Positions 1 through 11,400 of a stretch of DNA of 64,000 nucleotides are shown here, in pieces; position 1 is the stretch's first letter; each line of letters opens with the position of its first letter. Where the stretch lies: positions 64,001-128,000 of the IMG/VR virus record IMGVR_UViG_3300013105_000002; one strand, given 5' to 3'. Both the position numbers and the translations under genes were made by a program. This DNA comes from a virus. Lineage: Duplodnaviria > Heunggongvirae > Uroviricota > Caudoviricetes. The notes beneath the pieces are model-generated. The model saw only the letters and a program-made list of their open reading frames with translations, ran no database searches and was not told the origin of the DNA.

Positions 1-507
1 GGTGGACGCGTTATCTACACCGGATGGGACAACACTGGTTACGGTAACTACACTGAGATTCAGTCATCTGATGGCTCCATGTATGGATATGGTCACCAGT
101 CAAGCATCGGCGTTCGCGCCGGTATGAAGGTGGCCACTGGTCAGATGATCGGTCGTGTCGGTTCAACTGGTAAGTCGTCCGGTCCTCACCTTCACTTCCA
201 GATCGGTAGAAATGGTCAGTGGTTCAACCCTAAGACCGTTATGCCTCAGTTGAAGACTGGTGGATTCACGATGAACGAGGGCCTTGCTAACCTACATCCA
301 AATGAGACCGTATTGACCGCTCCTTTGACAGAGCAGTTCAAGCAGGGTGTGCAAAACTTTGCAGAATCGGGCAATAGCCACTATACTGTTACTATCGACA
401 TGACCGGCGCACAGATCAATTCAGATATTGATTGGGAGACCGGAGTCGAGAATGCCCTTCGCAAGATCGACAGAAGGCGCGGCGTAAACAGAAAGGTGGG
501 TGGCTGA
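1..507 (+). CDS. Tape measure protein C-terminus with M23 peptidase domain (5' truncated)
   Basis: Frame is open from base 1 (GGRVIYTGWDNTGYGNY...YGHQ...STGKSSGPHLHFQ, the M23 HxH motif). It is followed by an ANLHPNETVL tail typical of tape measures and lies directly upstream of the tail genes. Confidence 0.8.
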   Translation, partial: GGRVIYTGWDNTGYGNYTEIQSSDGSMYGYGHQSSIGVRAGMKVATGQMIGRVGSTGKSSGPHLHFQIGRNGQWFNPKTVMPQLKTGGFTMNEGLANLHPNETVLTAPLTEQFKQGVQNFAESGNSHYTVTIDMTGAQINSDIDWETGVENALRKIDRRRGVNRKVGG

Positions 508-908
508 TGCCATCAATGATTTTGCCCAAGGGCTCAATTATGAAGTTCAACGGCACTGACTTGTCCGAGCACAATCGCGGGGAAGTAAAGGTAGATGTAA
601 AGCGTATCGAGAACTCAAAGCGTATGCACAACGGTACGATGCGAAAGGTCGTTATTGCTGACAAGTTGCAGTGGTCTGTATCTTGGGATGGCATTCCTGA
701 CCTAGACGCAAAGACTGTTGACGGCAAGATGGGCGGCAAGTCCATGGAAGATTTCTACATGGCCAACCCCGGTGTATTCACTCTTGTGGTGGTAAACTCT
801 GGAACCCCAAAGACCTACAACGCAGTCATCACTGATTTCTCAAAGAGCATTCAGAAGCGTGGAACTGCTGAACTGTGGACCGTAGACATGACAATCGAGG
901 AAGCATAA
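507..908 (+). CDS. Minor tail protein (distal-tail-like)
   Basis: ATG overlaps the upstream TGA; 133 aa; first gene after the tape measure. Confidence 0.7.
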   Translation: MPSMILPKGSIMKFNGTDLSEHNRGEVKVDVKRIENSKRMHNGTMRKVVIADKLQWSVSWDGIPDLDAKTVDGKMGGKSMEDFYMANPGVFTLVVVNSGTPKTYNAVITDFSKSIQKRGTAELWTVDMTIEEA

Positions 909-909
909 T

Positions 910-3900
910 TTGAAGACGGTAACAACGGCGACAAGCAATGAACTGAAGCAGTCATATGACGTAAACACTACAGCCCGCTTGATCGCAGAATGGAACATGA
1001 ACAGGTACTCGCCAATCTCTGTTGTACGCAATACTGCGGCAGCATTGGAGGATGGCGATGCTGACCTGTACCCAATTTCATCCATCGTTCTACCGCACCG
1101 CCCAACATCTTCTGGAATTGTGAAGGCCCGTGCCAACAGCGCTGCTCGCGCTGGATACAGCCCTGACGGATACACGTCTAGCGGCTATAAGAAGACGCCC
1201 GGTGCTGCTCGCTACGTCACTGCAAGCCCAGACTCAAAGTACAAGTATTGGTCATCACCAAATGAGTCTGCTGGCGGTAGCGTGGGTCCGACCTTCTCAA
1301 ACATGACAAACACGCAGCCTACCGTGATCTACTCAAACAACACGTGGACGAACAAGATTTTCGTACGCATCGAGAACTCATATTCATTCCCTACGGCATG
1401 GACCGTGGAGACGACGACGGACGGTACCAACTGGACCACCGTTTCCACCAACCCTACGATTGCCTCAAATGGCGCGGTGTCACTGTGGCGTCAGGCCAAC
1501 GGCTCTTGGGGAACAACGCCATACTACGACAACCCTACACAGTTGCGCGGTGTGCGTATCACTGTTACCCAGATGAACCGTTCAAAGGTGTATTTCAACC
1601 TTATCGAGTTGGGCCTACGCCTAGAGTCTGACCTGTCTGCATACATGATTGACTGGGAAGTCAACAACAGCATGTCAGAATACTCCTTCATCACACCGCT
1701 GGGAACGGCATCTGCAAATGATGGCTCTGTCACGCTAGCCAACTTCGACAACAGATTCTCCAATGACAACCCGTCATCGATGTACTTTGGCCTCATCGAC
1801 AAGAACGTAACCATGCGTCTTGATCTTGGAATCACCACCGATGCCTACACGGCCACTACCAAGAACTACGAATGGATTCGTATGTTCACCATGCGCACCG
1901 AAGACTGGAATGGCAAGGACTTGGACGTGGTGAGTGTTCCACTGAAGGACGATTCTGTCGTGCTTCAGGCAATCAAGCCAAACCCAACGCTTCTAGAGTC
2001 AAAGACTGTTGCTGAAATCATCTGGACCCTGCTGGATGGAATCGGCATGACCAACTACTTCGTTCAGGTCATCGACGCTGACGCCACCACCCTGATTCCG
2101 TACTTCTGGACTGACGGTACGGAGACGATGTGGGATATCATTCAGAAGTTGTCTCAGGCCACGCAGACGGCTGTGTATTTTGACGAGTACAACGTCTTGC
2201 AGATCAAGACGCGTAGCACCGCCTATGATTTGACAGCCACCCCTGTGTGGCAGTTCGACGGTGTTGTCAACGGCACCAAGTTGCCGGATATCGTTGATCT
2301 GGACAAGACCAACAACTTCGAAGCAAATGTGGTAAACGTGGCCTACAAGGACACCAAGCCAGCCGATGAGGTTTCTGGTATTGCTCCCATGCAGTCAATG
2401 TGGGAGCCTGAGGGTGACGTTGTGCTGCGTGCAGCACCGCTAGTTCACTCAATCACCACCACCTCACCGTCACTTCGCATTGACCCTTCTGCTGCAAAGA
2501 CATGGCCTTACGCTGGACTGATTCAGGTCGAGGGCGAGTTCATCCGTTACACGGCCAAGGGCTACTCATACTACCTTGCAAATGGTACGCTGACCTCAAA
2601 GTACATTGCCAGCAATGACGAGAAGATTGCGCTGGACAAGTTGAACCCAAATCTCTCTTACCAGAACGCATTCAATGGCTACCTGTGGACACCAGTGCGC
2701 GGTGAGTTCAGCAGTGCACCAAAGGCTCACACCATCGATGCTGCTGGATACACCACCAGACTGAAGACTGGAAACGGAACCATGAATCCATGGACCGGAG
2801 GATGGAAGGCTGTCAGTGGAAAGTCCATTGCCAGAATCACCACCAACTCAACATTCAAGGCTTCTACGTGGTATACCGTAACACACGGTTCTGAGTTTGA
2901 CTCACCTCCGTACTACTACGGTACCCGAATTCGATTCCCGAACGAGGGATACAACGGTGGTCTGGGTGGTCTCGTGATCAGCGCGGGTGGCACTGGCGAT
3001 GCAGGCTACTACATCGAACTATGCCGTACGTCTTTGTTCTCAAAGTACCCTACGTGGAGAAGTTCTGTAAACGAACTGTCATTCTACGTTCGCTATGCTG
3101 ACGGAACCATGAAGCGCCTTGGCGCAAACGGAAACAAGGGAACGATTGCAAATATCGCGCCGGGTGTGTGGTATGACCTTGACGTCACTGTTTCCTACAA
3201 TGCCTCCATCCCTACATTCAACATCTTCCTTAACGGTGTTCTTCAGATGAACGTCACCGTTCCATCAGCCATGCGTCCACCAACTGGAAACACTGGTCGC
3301 TGGGGTGTGTTCACGCGTGGATACACAAATGCAGAGTTTGAGTACGTCTACGCATCATCGTCAAATGAGGCAGTGAACTTCGATGGCACTGCTCGCTACA
3401 ACCGTATTGATGGTGGATACCAGTCTGATCAGGTAACCTCTGAATGGATTTACAACACTCGTAACGTCATCAGAATGTACCGTAACAAGAAGACCAGCGT
3501 CATTCAGCGTTACAACCAGTTCTTCTTCGATGACTTCGGTGCCACTGTGCATGAGGTCAGAGAGTTCAACGTAAAGTACAATGTGGCTACCGATACCGGG
3601 CCTGCGCTGTATTCCAAGATTTACTTCAGCAATGACTCTCAGGTCGTGTGCCCTGAGTTCATCCCGAACCCATTTGGTGCCAAGTTCATTCTTGCAAACG
3701 CAAGCCGTATCAATGCCGTGGTAAACGGAAACGATGCTGTGACCTATGGTCCAGAGAATGCTGTTGACCAGAAGTTGATGGTTTACGGACGAGCAATCAA
3801 GGTTGGTGAAGAGAAGATCAAGACGACCCGCAACGAGAATGCAATTCTACGACGCGGTGAGGTGGCTGTGGACTTCCCTTCAGACTTCATCCAGTCAGAG

Positions 3901-4134
3901 GGCGAAGCGACAAACCTAGGAAATTGGATCACGTTGCACTGGGCCGGTGGGCAGGATGAAATCACCATCGAGTCCTTCATGAATCCTCTGCTACAGTTGG
4001 GTGACCTCGTTACCATCAATCACCCTCTTGGAAATATGGCTCCTACAACACACAAGTATTTCGTTGTTGAAGCAAAGCACACATATTCCGAGGGAATGGA
4101 ATCAGAATTCACTCTTCGACGTGCAAGGATTTGA
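910..4134 (+). CDS. Minor tail / baseplate hub-like protein
   Basis: 1074-aa beta-rich ORF; C-terminal NPLLQLGDLVTI...Y.V...HTY hub-like motif; tail position. Confidence 0.75.
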   Translation: MKTVTTATSNELKQSYDVNTTARLIAEWNMNRYSPISVVRNTAAALEDGDADLYPISSIVLPHRPTSSGIVKARANSAARAGYSPDGYTSSGYKKTPGAARYVTASPDSKYKYWSSPNESAGGSVGPTFSNMTNTQPTVIYSNNTWTNKIFVRIENSYSFPTAWTVETTTDGTNWTTVSTNPTIASNGAVSLWRQANGSWGTTPYYDNPTQLRGVRITVTQMNRSKVYFNLIELGLRLESDLSAYMIDWEVNNSMSEYSFITPLGTASANDGSVTLANFDNRFSNDNPSSMYFGLIDKNVTMRLDLGITTDAYTATTKNYEWIRMFTMRTEDWNGKDLDVVSVPLKDDSVVLQAIKPNPTLLESKTVAEIIWTLLDGIGMTNYFVQVIDADATTLIPYFWTDGTETMWDIIQKLSQATQTAVYFDEYNVLQIKTRSTAYDLTATPVWQFDGVVNGTKLPDIVDLDKTNNFEANVVNVAYKDTKPADEVSGIAPMQSMWEPEGDVVLRAAPLVHSITTTSPSLRIDPSAAKTWPYAGLIQVEGEFIRYTAKGYSYYLANGTLTSKYIASNDEKIALDKLNPNLSYQNAFNGYLWTPVRGEFSSAPKAHTIDAAGYTTRLKTGNGTMNPWTGGWKAVSGKSIARITTNSTFKASTWYTVTHGSEFDSPPYYYGTRIRFPNEGYNGGLGGLVISAGGTGDAGYYIELCRTSLFSKYPTWRSSVNELSFYVRYADGTMKRLGANGNKGTIANIAPGVWYDLDVTVSYNASIPTFNIFLNGVLQMNVTVPSAMRPPTGNTGRWGVFTRGYTNAEFEYVYASSSNEAVNFDGTARYNRIDGGYQSDQVTSEWIYNTRNVIRMYRNKKTSVIQRYNQFFFDDFGATVHEVREFNVKYNVATDTGPALYSKIYFSNDSQVVCPEFIPNPFGAKFILANASRINAVVNGNDAVTYGPENAVDQKLMVYGRAIKVGEEKIKTTRNENAILRRGEVAVDFPSDFIQSEGEATNLGNWITLHWAGGQDEITIESFMNPLLQLGDLVTINHPLGNMAPTTHKYFVVEAKHTYSEGMESEFTLRRARI

Positions 4135-4160
4135 CGTATCCATAGCCCGTACAATATAAT
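4131..4160 (+). promoter_or_regulatory. Sigma70-type promoter
   Basis: TTGACG-N18-TATAAT in an intergenic gap. Confidence 0.7.
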
Positions 4161-4163
4161 GTA

Positions 4164-4526
4164 GTGATGGAAGAATTCGACAACACCACTGCAACCAAGG
4201 GACTAGACCCGTCATTCTTTCTACCACCTAATGTTATCGATCTTCGATACACCTCACCCACGACTGGTGAAGTTGATGGCGAGGTAGAGGGCGGTCCAGA
4301 GTCCCAAAATTCAGAGGTCGAACCCGTCAATGAAGTACCCGACACGGTTGAGATTACTGACCTGACACCAGAGTCATCGTCATTTCTTCCAGTACCGGAG
4401 ACGTTCACCGTGATTTCTCAAACGGTTAGAACCAAGCCCGGTGGCGGATATACAGTTGACGTGGTTGTTGACGTTGGCGATCTTCCCGGTGTGGAAAACT
4501 TCGACTTGGCGGTGACAAAGGCGTAA
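4164..4526 (+). CDS. Hypothetical protein (tail module)
   Basis: 120-aa acidic ORF between tail genes. Confidence 0.7.
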   Translation: MMEEFDNTTATKGLDPSFFLPPNVIDLRYTSPTTGEVDGEVEGGPESQNSEVEPVNEVPDTVEITDLTPESSSFLPVPETFTVISQTVRTKPGGGYTVDVVVDVGDLPGVENFDLAVTKA

Positions 4527-5410
4527 TGCATGGAATTTACAGGTTTTATCAGAACGGTGAATTGGTAGGAGAGGCAAAGAACCTCCTTACCACCAATGGC
4601 AAGACTGCCATTATGAAGTACCTAGCAGGATACAGCGGCCACTTCGGTCGAAGCATTCGTCTGGGTATTGGAGCAACCGCAGCAGCAGTTGGAGACGCAA
4701 CAATGAACTTCGAAACTGCTGCTATTCCTGTGTACCTGATTTCCCCGGATTACGTCAACACCGCCTTGGTATTCAAGGGCAGAATGGACGACGCAAGTGC
4801 CATGGTGATTTACGAGGCTGGACTGTCAACGGCAATTCCAGACTCTACAGCCGCGAACTCTTCGCGTCTCCTTCTGGGCTTTGACTCCAACATCGATGTA
4901 TGGAGCGCTGGTGTGTGGACGACTACTTCTCGCTTCGGCGGTGACGCTCTGCGCCTAGCCCCTGCGACCTCCACAACGGTCTCAGCAAACATGCAGGACG
5001 TGCTGATGGACCTGTCAGGCTATTCCAACGCTGACGAATTTAGACTGGCATACAACTCCAACAACGCCAACACGGCATCTGTGTTTGTGAGACTGTTCAC
5101 GGATGCATCAAACTACTTCACCTACACCGTGGCATCGCCCGGTACAGGTTTCCAGATCAAGACCTTCAACAAGTCAAACTTCGTTGCAACAGGAACGCCT
5201 TCGTGGTCAAACATCACTCAGGCAACCGTATCGGTGACAGCCGGTGCTGGTGGTTCAGCACAGGTGGACTTTGAAGGATTGCGCATCGATGACCGAGACA
5301 CCTTTGCAGACAGCGACATTCTAGTTTCACGAGCAGTTCTCGGAACTCCAATCACCAAGGTGCCGGGACTACCACTCGACATTGAATATACCTTGGACCT
5401 AACACTATGA
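4526..5410 (+). CDS. Minor tail protein
   Basis: 294 aa; NLLTTNGK...LGIG motif typical of baseplate/fibre anchors; translationally coupled to neighbours. Confidence 0.7.
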   Translation: MHGIYRFYQNGELVGEAKNLLTTNGKTAIMKYLAGYSGHFGRSIRLGIGATAAAVGDATMNFETAAIPVYLISPDYVNTALVFKGRMDDASAMVIYEAGLSTAIPDSTAANSSRLLLGFDSNIDVWSAGVWTTTSRFGGDALRLAPATSTTVSANMQDVLMDLSGYSNADEFRLAYNSNNANTASVFVRLFTDASNYFTYTVASPGTGFQIKTFNKSNFVATGTPSWSNITQATVSVTAGAGGSAQVDFEGLRIDDRDTFADSDILVSRAVLGTPITKVPGLPLDIEYTLDLTL

Positions 5411-8400
5411 GATTTCTACTATCAGACCTTCAGCCCGGTACGGCCTATGTGGTGCGTGCCCGTTCAAAGAACGGATCAGACTTTTCAGACTGGTCTCGTG
5501 ATTTTTCTGTATCCACGAGCGGTGACACCGTTGCACCAAAGACTCCTACCAACCCTGTAGGATCAATGAATGGTACGTCATTCACACTGAAGTGGGATGC
5601 CGTTACCCAGAGCGCTGACAACTCAGCGGCATCTGACCTTGACCGTTACGAGGTTGAGGTTTCATCTACCGGCTCTGCCAACACTGGCGTCTATGTCACA
5701 AAGGACACCAAGTTCGAATTCTCATTCGAACAGAATGTCAACCTGTTCGGTACGCCTCAGGCAAACGTGCGCATGCGCGTACGCGCTGTGGACAGTGCTG
5801 GAAATGCCTCAGCATACACCGCTCTGGTGGCCCAGACCAACCCTGCTCCTGCTGCTCCTACCGGATTCGCCGGTAACGCGGGTCAGAACAGCCTGTCCTT
5901 CTCTTGGAACGCTGTAACAGATATCGACTTGAAGCAGTACCGTATCTATTCTGGAACGACCTCTGGTACTCAGGGAACGCTGGTATGGACCGGAACCGCT
6001 CTCAATGCAACCATTCAGGTTACCGACACATCTACCGACCGCTGGTACAAGGTGGTAGCCGTTGACGTATTCAACACCGAGTCAGCAGCATCAAATGTCG
6101 TTGGCCCTCTAAAGCCTCTTTCACCTACCACGGTTGATACCGTGGCTCCTGCCGTACCAACTGGACTGGCCGGTACGTTGACTAATGCTACCGATGGCAA
6201 GACTGCATCAATGGCAGTAACATGGACAGCAGTTGGTGACTCAGACCTAGACTCATATGTGGTTGCATTCCGCCAGCAGGCTTCTCCTGTTAACGACTGG
6301 CAGTACGTGTATGTTGACAAGTCTCTGACCAGCACGACCATTCAGGGTCTTGTGCCTTACAAGGCATACGATATCCGTATCCGTGCCAAGGACTTCTCAG
6401 CGAACTACTCAAACTGGACGACCATCGTTGCTGTGTCTGCTCAGGCAAACACCGCTCCTGCTGTGCCAACTGGTTTGGCAGTTGTAGCAGGTCGAGACAA
6501 CTTGCAGATTTCTTGGACTGAGAACTCTGAGCCAGATATGGCAAACAACGCCGGTACGTATGACGTAACTGTGGCAACCAACTCTGGATTCACCACTGGT
6601 GTATTGCAGTATCGTACTGGTGCAACCACGCTGTCAGTAAACGGTCTTGCTAATAACCAGATTTATTACGTACGAGTTCGCGCTACTGACTCTGGTGGCC
6701 TGTCATCTGCGTACTCATCATCTGTCAATGCCACGACAAGCAGTTTCCCATCGACCGCATTGTCTGATGGCGCGGTGCCAACTGGTGCAGTAACTCTTTC
6801 TGCGTCAGCAGGTTTGGGATACGTATATCTGAACTGGACGCCTCTGGCAAACGCCGACCCAGTGATCTATGACGTATACATGTCAACCACTTCTGGTTTC
6901 ACGACATACGACGCAACCACCAAGATCACTGAGGTTTCTGGAACATCTGCATTCATCGACACGACAGTCTCTGGTGCCACCTTGGCATATGGAACTCCAT
7001 ACTACTTTAAGGTACGAGCACGCGACCGTGACGGTTCAAGCACCTCTGTTTCTAATCAGGCAACTGCAACACCTCTACAGGCTGCAAGCGCTGACCTTGA
7101 CCCTGCTGTAAATACAAGCATCACTAATGCACAGACCGCTGCAAACAACGCTCAGAACACTGCTGATACTGCTGATGCTCTAAATGCCAACCCTAACTTC
7201 AGCCAGTGGGCCGGTGGTGCTGGCACTGCTCCTGACAACTGGGCGGTATGGACGAATGCACCTACAAAGGAAACGACGCTGGTTCGTACCTCTCCTTATT
7301 CTGTTCGATTCAACTGTACCGATACCACGACTGCAAAGGGTATTCAGCAGTCCGCTGGTAACATTCCAATGGCTATTGGCATTGAATATGTAACCCTCAC
7401 CTACGAAGTTATGCTGAACAGCGGTACGTCGTTCGGCGGTGCCGGATTCCTGCTTGACTGGACTGGCATGACAGGCGTTAACAGAGCGACCCTTCCTATT
7501 TCAAGCGACATTACAACTCCTGTAACTGGAAAGTGGTATCGAGTTACCAAGGTCGTTCGTCGTCCAACAACAGCAACAGGAACTCAGACTCAGTACAACC
7601 TATTTATCATGGGTCAGTATGCTTCTATTGGATCGACCCCAGTAGTAAAGGACGTTGTATTTAATCGCGTTGCAGTTCGTCCTTCTACAACTGAGGAAAT
7701 TGCTGCATACAATGCTGCACCAGTAACGATGGTAAGTGACCTCGATGCAAGGATTGCTTCAAAGGCAACTGACCTTGTTACCAATGGTTCTGGTCTTCTG
7801 GGAACGAACTACAACTTCCCCGGATTCGACTACAACGGTGCTGACGCTCCTACTGGTGCAAACGGCTCCTTTGTCATCAAGACTTCTGCAAACCAGTCTT
7901 CTACGATTACTGAGAACATTCCTTTTGACCCAACGAAGGCATACAAGTTCTCATTCCAGTGCCGTCAGACGGTTCCCGGTGCAACTGGAAACAACATGTA
8001 TGGTTTCCTTTCAGCATTTGATGCTTTCAATCTATCTATTGGCCCACAGAACTACATGTACATTGCCAATACGACAACTACTCTTGCAGCGCCTCTAAAT
8101 CCCGGTGATACGACAATTACCCTTACTTCTGCTGCCAACTGGTTTGGACAGACTGGTAAGCCTGCCGGTTCTTCCGGTTACCTTCGCAATGCAATCTTCT
8201 GGGATTATGTTGATGCTGGTGGTAAGGCGTGGCCGGTAGGCACATATTCTAGAAACCTACTAAGCCCAAATGCTACTTCAATGTGGGCCGATGGTGGAAT
8301 CACTGGAAATGTTATTACTCTTTCAGCGCCTTATGCTGGAACTGCAAAGCCTGCCGGTACGCCGCTGTCAAATGCATCTGCTGGCGGATCATATGTTTAT

Positions 8401-11400
8401 ATGCCAAGCGCTACAAACACTGTAGTTACTGAAACATGGACGACATACTCTGACGTATTCAATGCAGGAATCATGAATCCTGCATTGCAGGCTGTAACAA
8501 CTACTGGAAACGCTTCTTGGACAACTGGTATGCCACCGGGAACTGCAAAGATTCGTGTTGGCTGGCTTCTAAACTACCCTTCTGGTGGTGGAAAGTTGGC
8601 TGTAGCATCAGTATCTCTTTCAGACGCTGCTGCTGCACAGGCTGCTGCCGCGACCGCTCAGTCAACTGCTGATGGCAAGAACAAGATTATCCGTACAACG
8701 GCTGACGCCGCCGGTACAAGCGGATATGTTACTGGCGACCTCTGGTGGAAGTTGGACGGTTCTGGCAATGTCATCAAGCAGTGGAAGTACACTGTAGGAA
8801 CTGGTTGGACCGTAGAAACACTGATGGACGGTGTTCTCGGAAGCCTGACCGCTAACAAGATTTCTGCCGGAAGCACGTTCACTAATGACCTAGGCGTCAA
8901 GAGCACCTTCACGCTTGGAGACGCAACGACTCCGGGTGTCATCAAGTCATACGACTATGCAGCAAACACGACCGGCTTCACACTTTCATCTGCTGGTCTT
9001 CAGATCAACAACGGTGATATCGATGCCAAGACGCTTCGTGCAAACTCATCATTCGTCACCAACCTGTTCATCGGCACGGGCGGTGCCATTCAGTCTACTG
9101 GTTACTCTTCTGGTGTAACTGGATTCCGTTTGAGCAACACCGGGCTGATCATCGAAGGTGCAGGAAACACTGTTAGCGCATCTGTCCTAAAGGGTGGAAC
9201 CATCACTGGTACCACGATCACGGTTGGCGCGGGCGGTGTGCTTATTGTTGACTCTACCGCTGCAATCCGTTCAAACAACTATGCAATCGGTTCTACTGGA
9301 TACCGAATGGACGCCACTGGCCTAGAGGTCAACGATGGATCAATCGATGCAAAGGCACTGAAGACCAACACGGCTGTTATCGGTGACCTTACCATTGGTC
9401 GTTCTGCCGACTCACTTGGTACGCTGAAGTCATTTGACTACAGCGCCGGTACGGCTGGATGGAAGATCGGTAAGGGTCTATTCGAAATCAATCAAGGTGT
9501 CATTCGCGCTCCTGCTTTGCAGATTCAGTCTGGTGCATCAAACCTAGAGCGTCCAGAGTATTCAGCGTTTGAGTTTGGCACAAACTTCTACACTGGAAAG
9601 TTCTCTACTGCAAACGCTACAACATCAATTCAGACTTCAGGTGGCGTTCAGGGAAACCAGTTCCTACGAGTTTCAACGACAACTGCTGCCGCTGCATCAT
9701 GCGTAATTGGAGACACGGCAACCGACTACCACGTATCTGTAGAGGCTGGAAAGACCTACATCATTTCTGCTTGGATGAAGGCTGCTACTGCCACTGCTCA
9801 GTCTGCGTACCTGCGACCACGATACAGTGATGGATCGTTTGGCTCTGGTGGTGGAGCGACCCCTTCACTTCCGGGCAGCGGCGCATGGGCAAGATACTCA
9901 TGGGCATACACTGTTCCTACTGGAATCACAAATCTAGTTGTTCAGTTGTTCAACAACTCAACAACCGCTGGTGCTGGTGTTGACATTGATGGCTTGATGA
10001 TCGAGCAGCAGGTTGGTGGATTGACCACTCCTTCAACATATGTAATGCCGGGTATGACTTCTGCCGATGGTGGATTCCTACGCACTGGTCAGATTGTGTC
10101 AAACGCAAATGTCACGGTCAACGGAGCCCAGCAGCCTGCATGGAGCATCAACCTCTCTGGTGGTGCTCAGTTCGGTGATGCTGCAATTCGTGGATCGCTG
10201 GTTGTTGGTCCAAGCACTACCACCAACCTTGCACCGGGATCAGGTAACTTCGAAAGCAACGTAACCGGATACACGGCATATGCTGTTGGCGGTACTGGCG
10301 TTGCGCTGACACGTACTACCACCGTTGGTGAACTGATTACCGGAACAGGCTCTATGAAGGTCGGATGGACCACAACTCCATCGAAGTATGGTTTCAGCAT
10401 CAGCCTGATCAACGGTACGGTCAGCCCTGCCGGTATCCCTGCGAACAACGTTGTAAAGATTGCAATGAAGGTTCGTGGTCTGAACACTGGATCAAGCGCC
10501 GGTATCGATGTATATGCTGAGTTCTTGGATGGCTCAAACAACGTTGTCTACACGACTCCGAACATGCTGCCTACCCCAACGTACCTTGTTCCGAACACGG
10601 TAATGACGATCAACTACAATGCCGTGCTTCCTGCCGGTATTGCCAATGCAGCAAGCGTACGCATCGTTACCACAAAGACGAACACCACGCCAGACTCAAC
10701 TGGAATCATCTATGACGACGTTTCAGTTTCTGCTTCTGATGACATGGGCGGATCGTTCATTTCCTCTGGAAACTACGTTGTCAACGACTCTGGTTGGAAG
10801 ATCACCTCTGGCGGTATTGCAGAGTTCAACAACGTTATCATCCGAGGTGGATTTGAGTCTGCAACCAGCGGCCTACGTTGGAGAATTGGTACTACCCCAC
10901 AGTGGTACGGAAACACCGCAGAAATCACCGCTTACAACCCAAGCGCTGGTGTTACAGATTCTGGTAAGTTGCTGGCTAACCCCGGCGGTATCTATATGTA
11001 TGGTGCTCAGGCAGCAGATGTTGCTGGACGCCCATACATTAGCGTATCAAACCAGAACTTCCTAGACACTGCTCCTAACTTGTACAAGGGTCTTTTGAAC
11101 ATGGAGGCAAGTAGCATCAGAATCACCGGAACCGATGGTCCTGCCGCAAATGGTTCCAAGTATGGTTCTCAGATCAACATTGATGCAAACCCGGACAGCG
11201 CCGCATCGCCATATAACTCAGCAAGCCTGCATTTGCGCTCGGTGGGTATCGACGGACCAGCGTCATTTGTTGGAAGCGCACAGGGAGAAATGTACCTGCT
11301 CAGCGATGGTGGTACAGGAAGCACGACTTCAAAGTTGACGCTTGCTGTAAATGGATGGTTTGGTGGATCAGCCGAGTCAAGCATCATCCTACAGAGAAAC

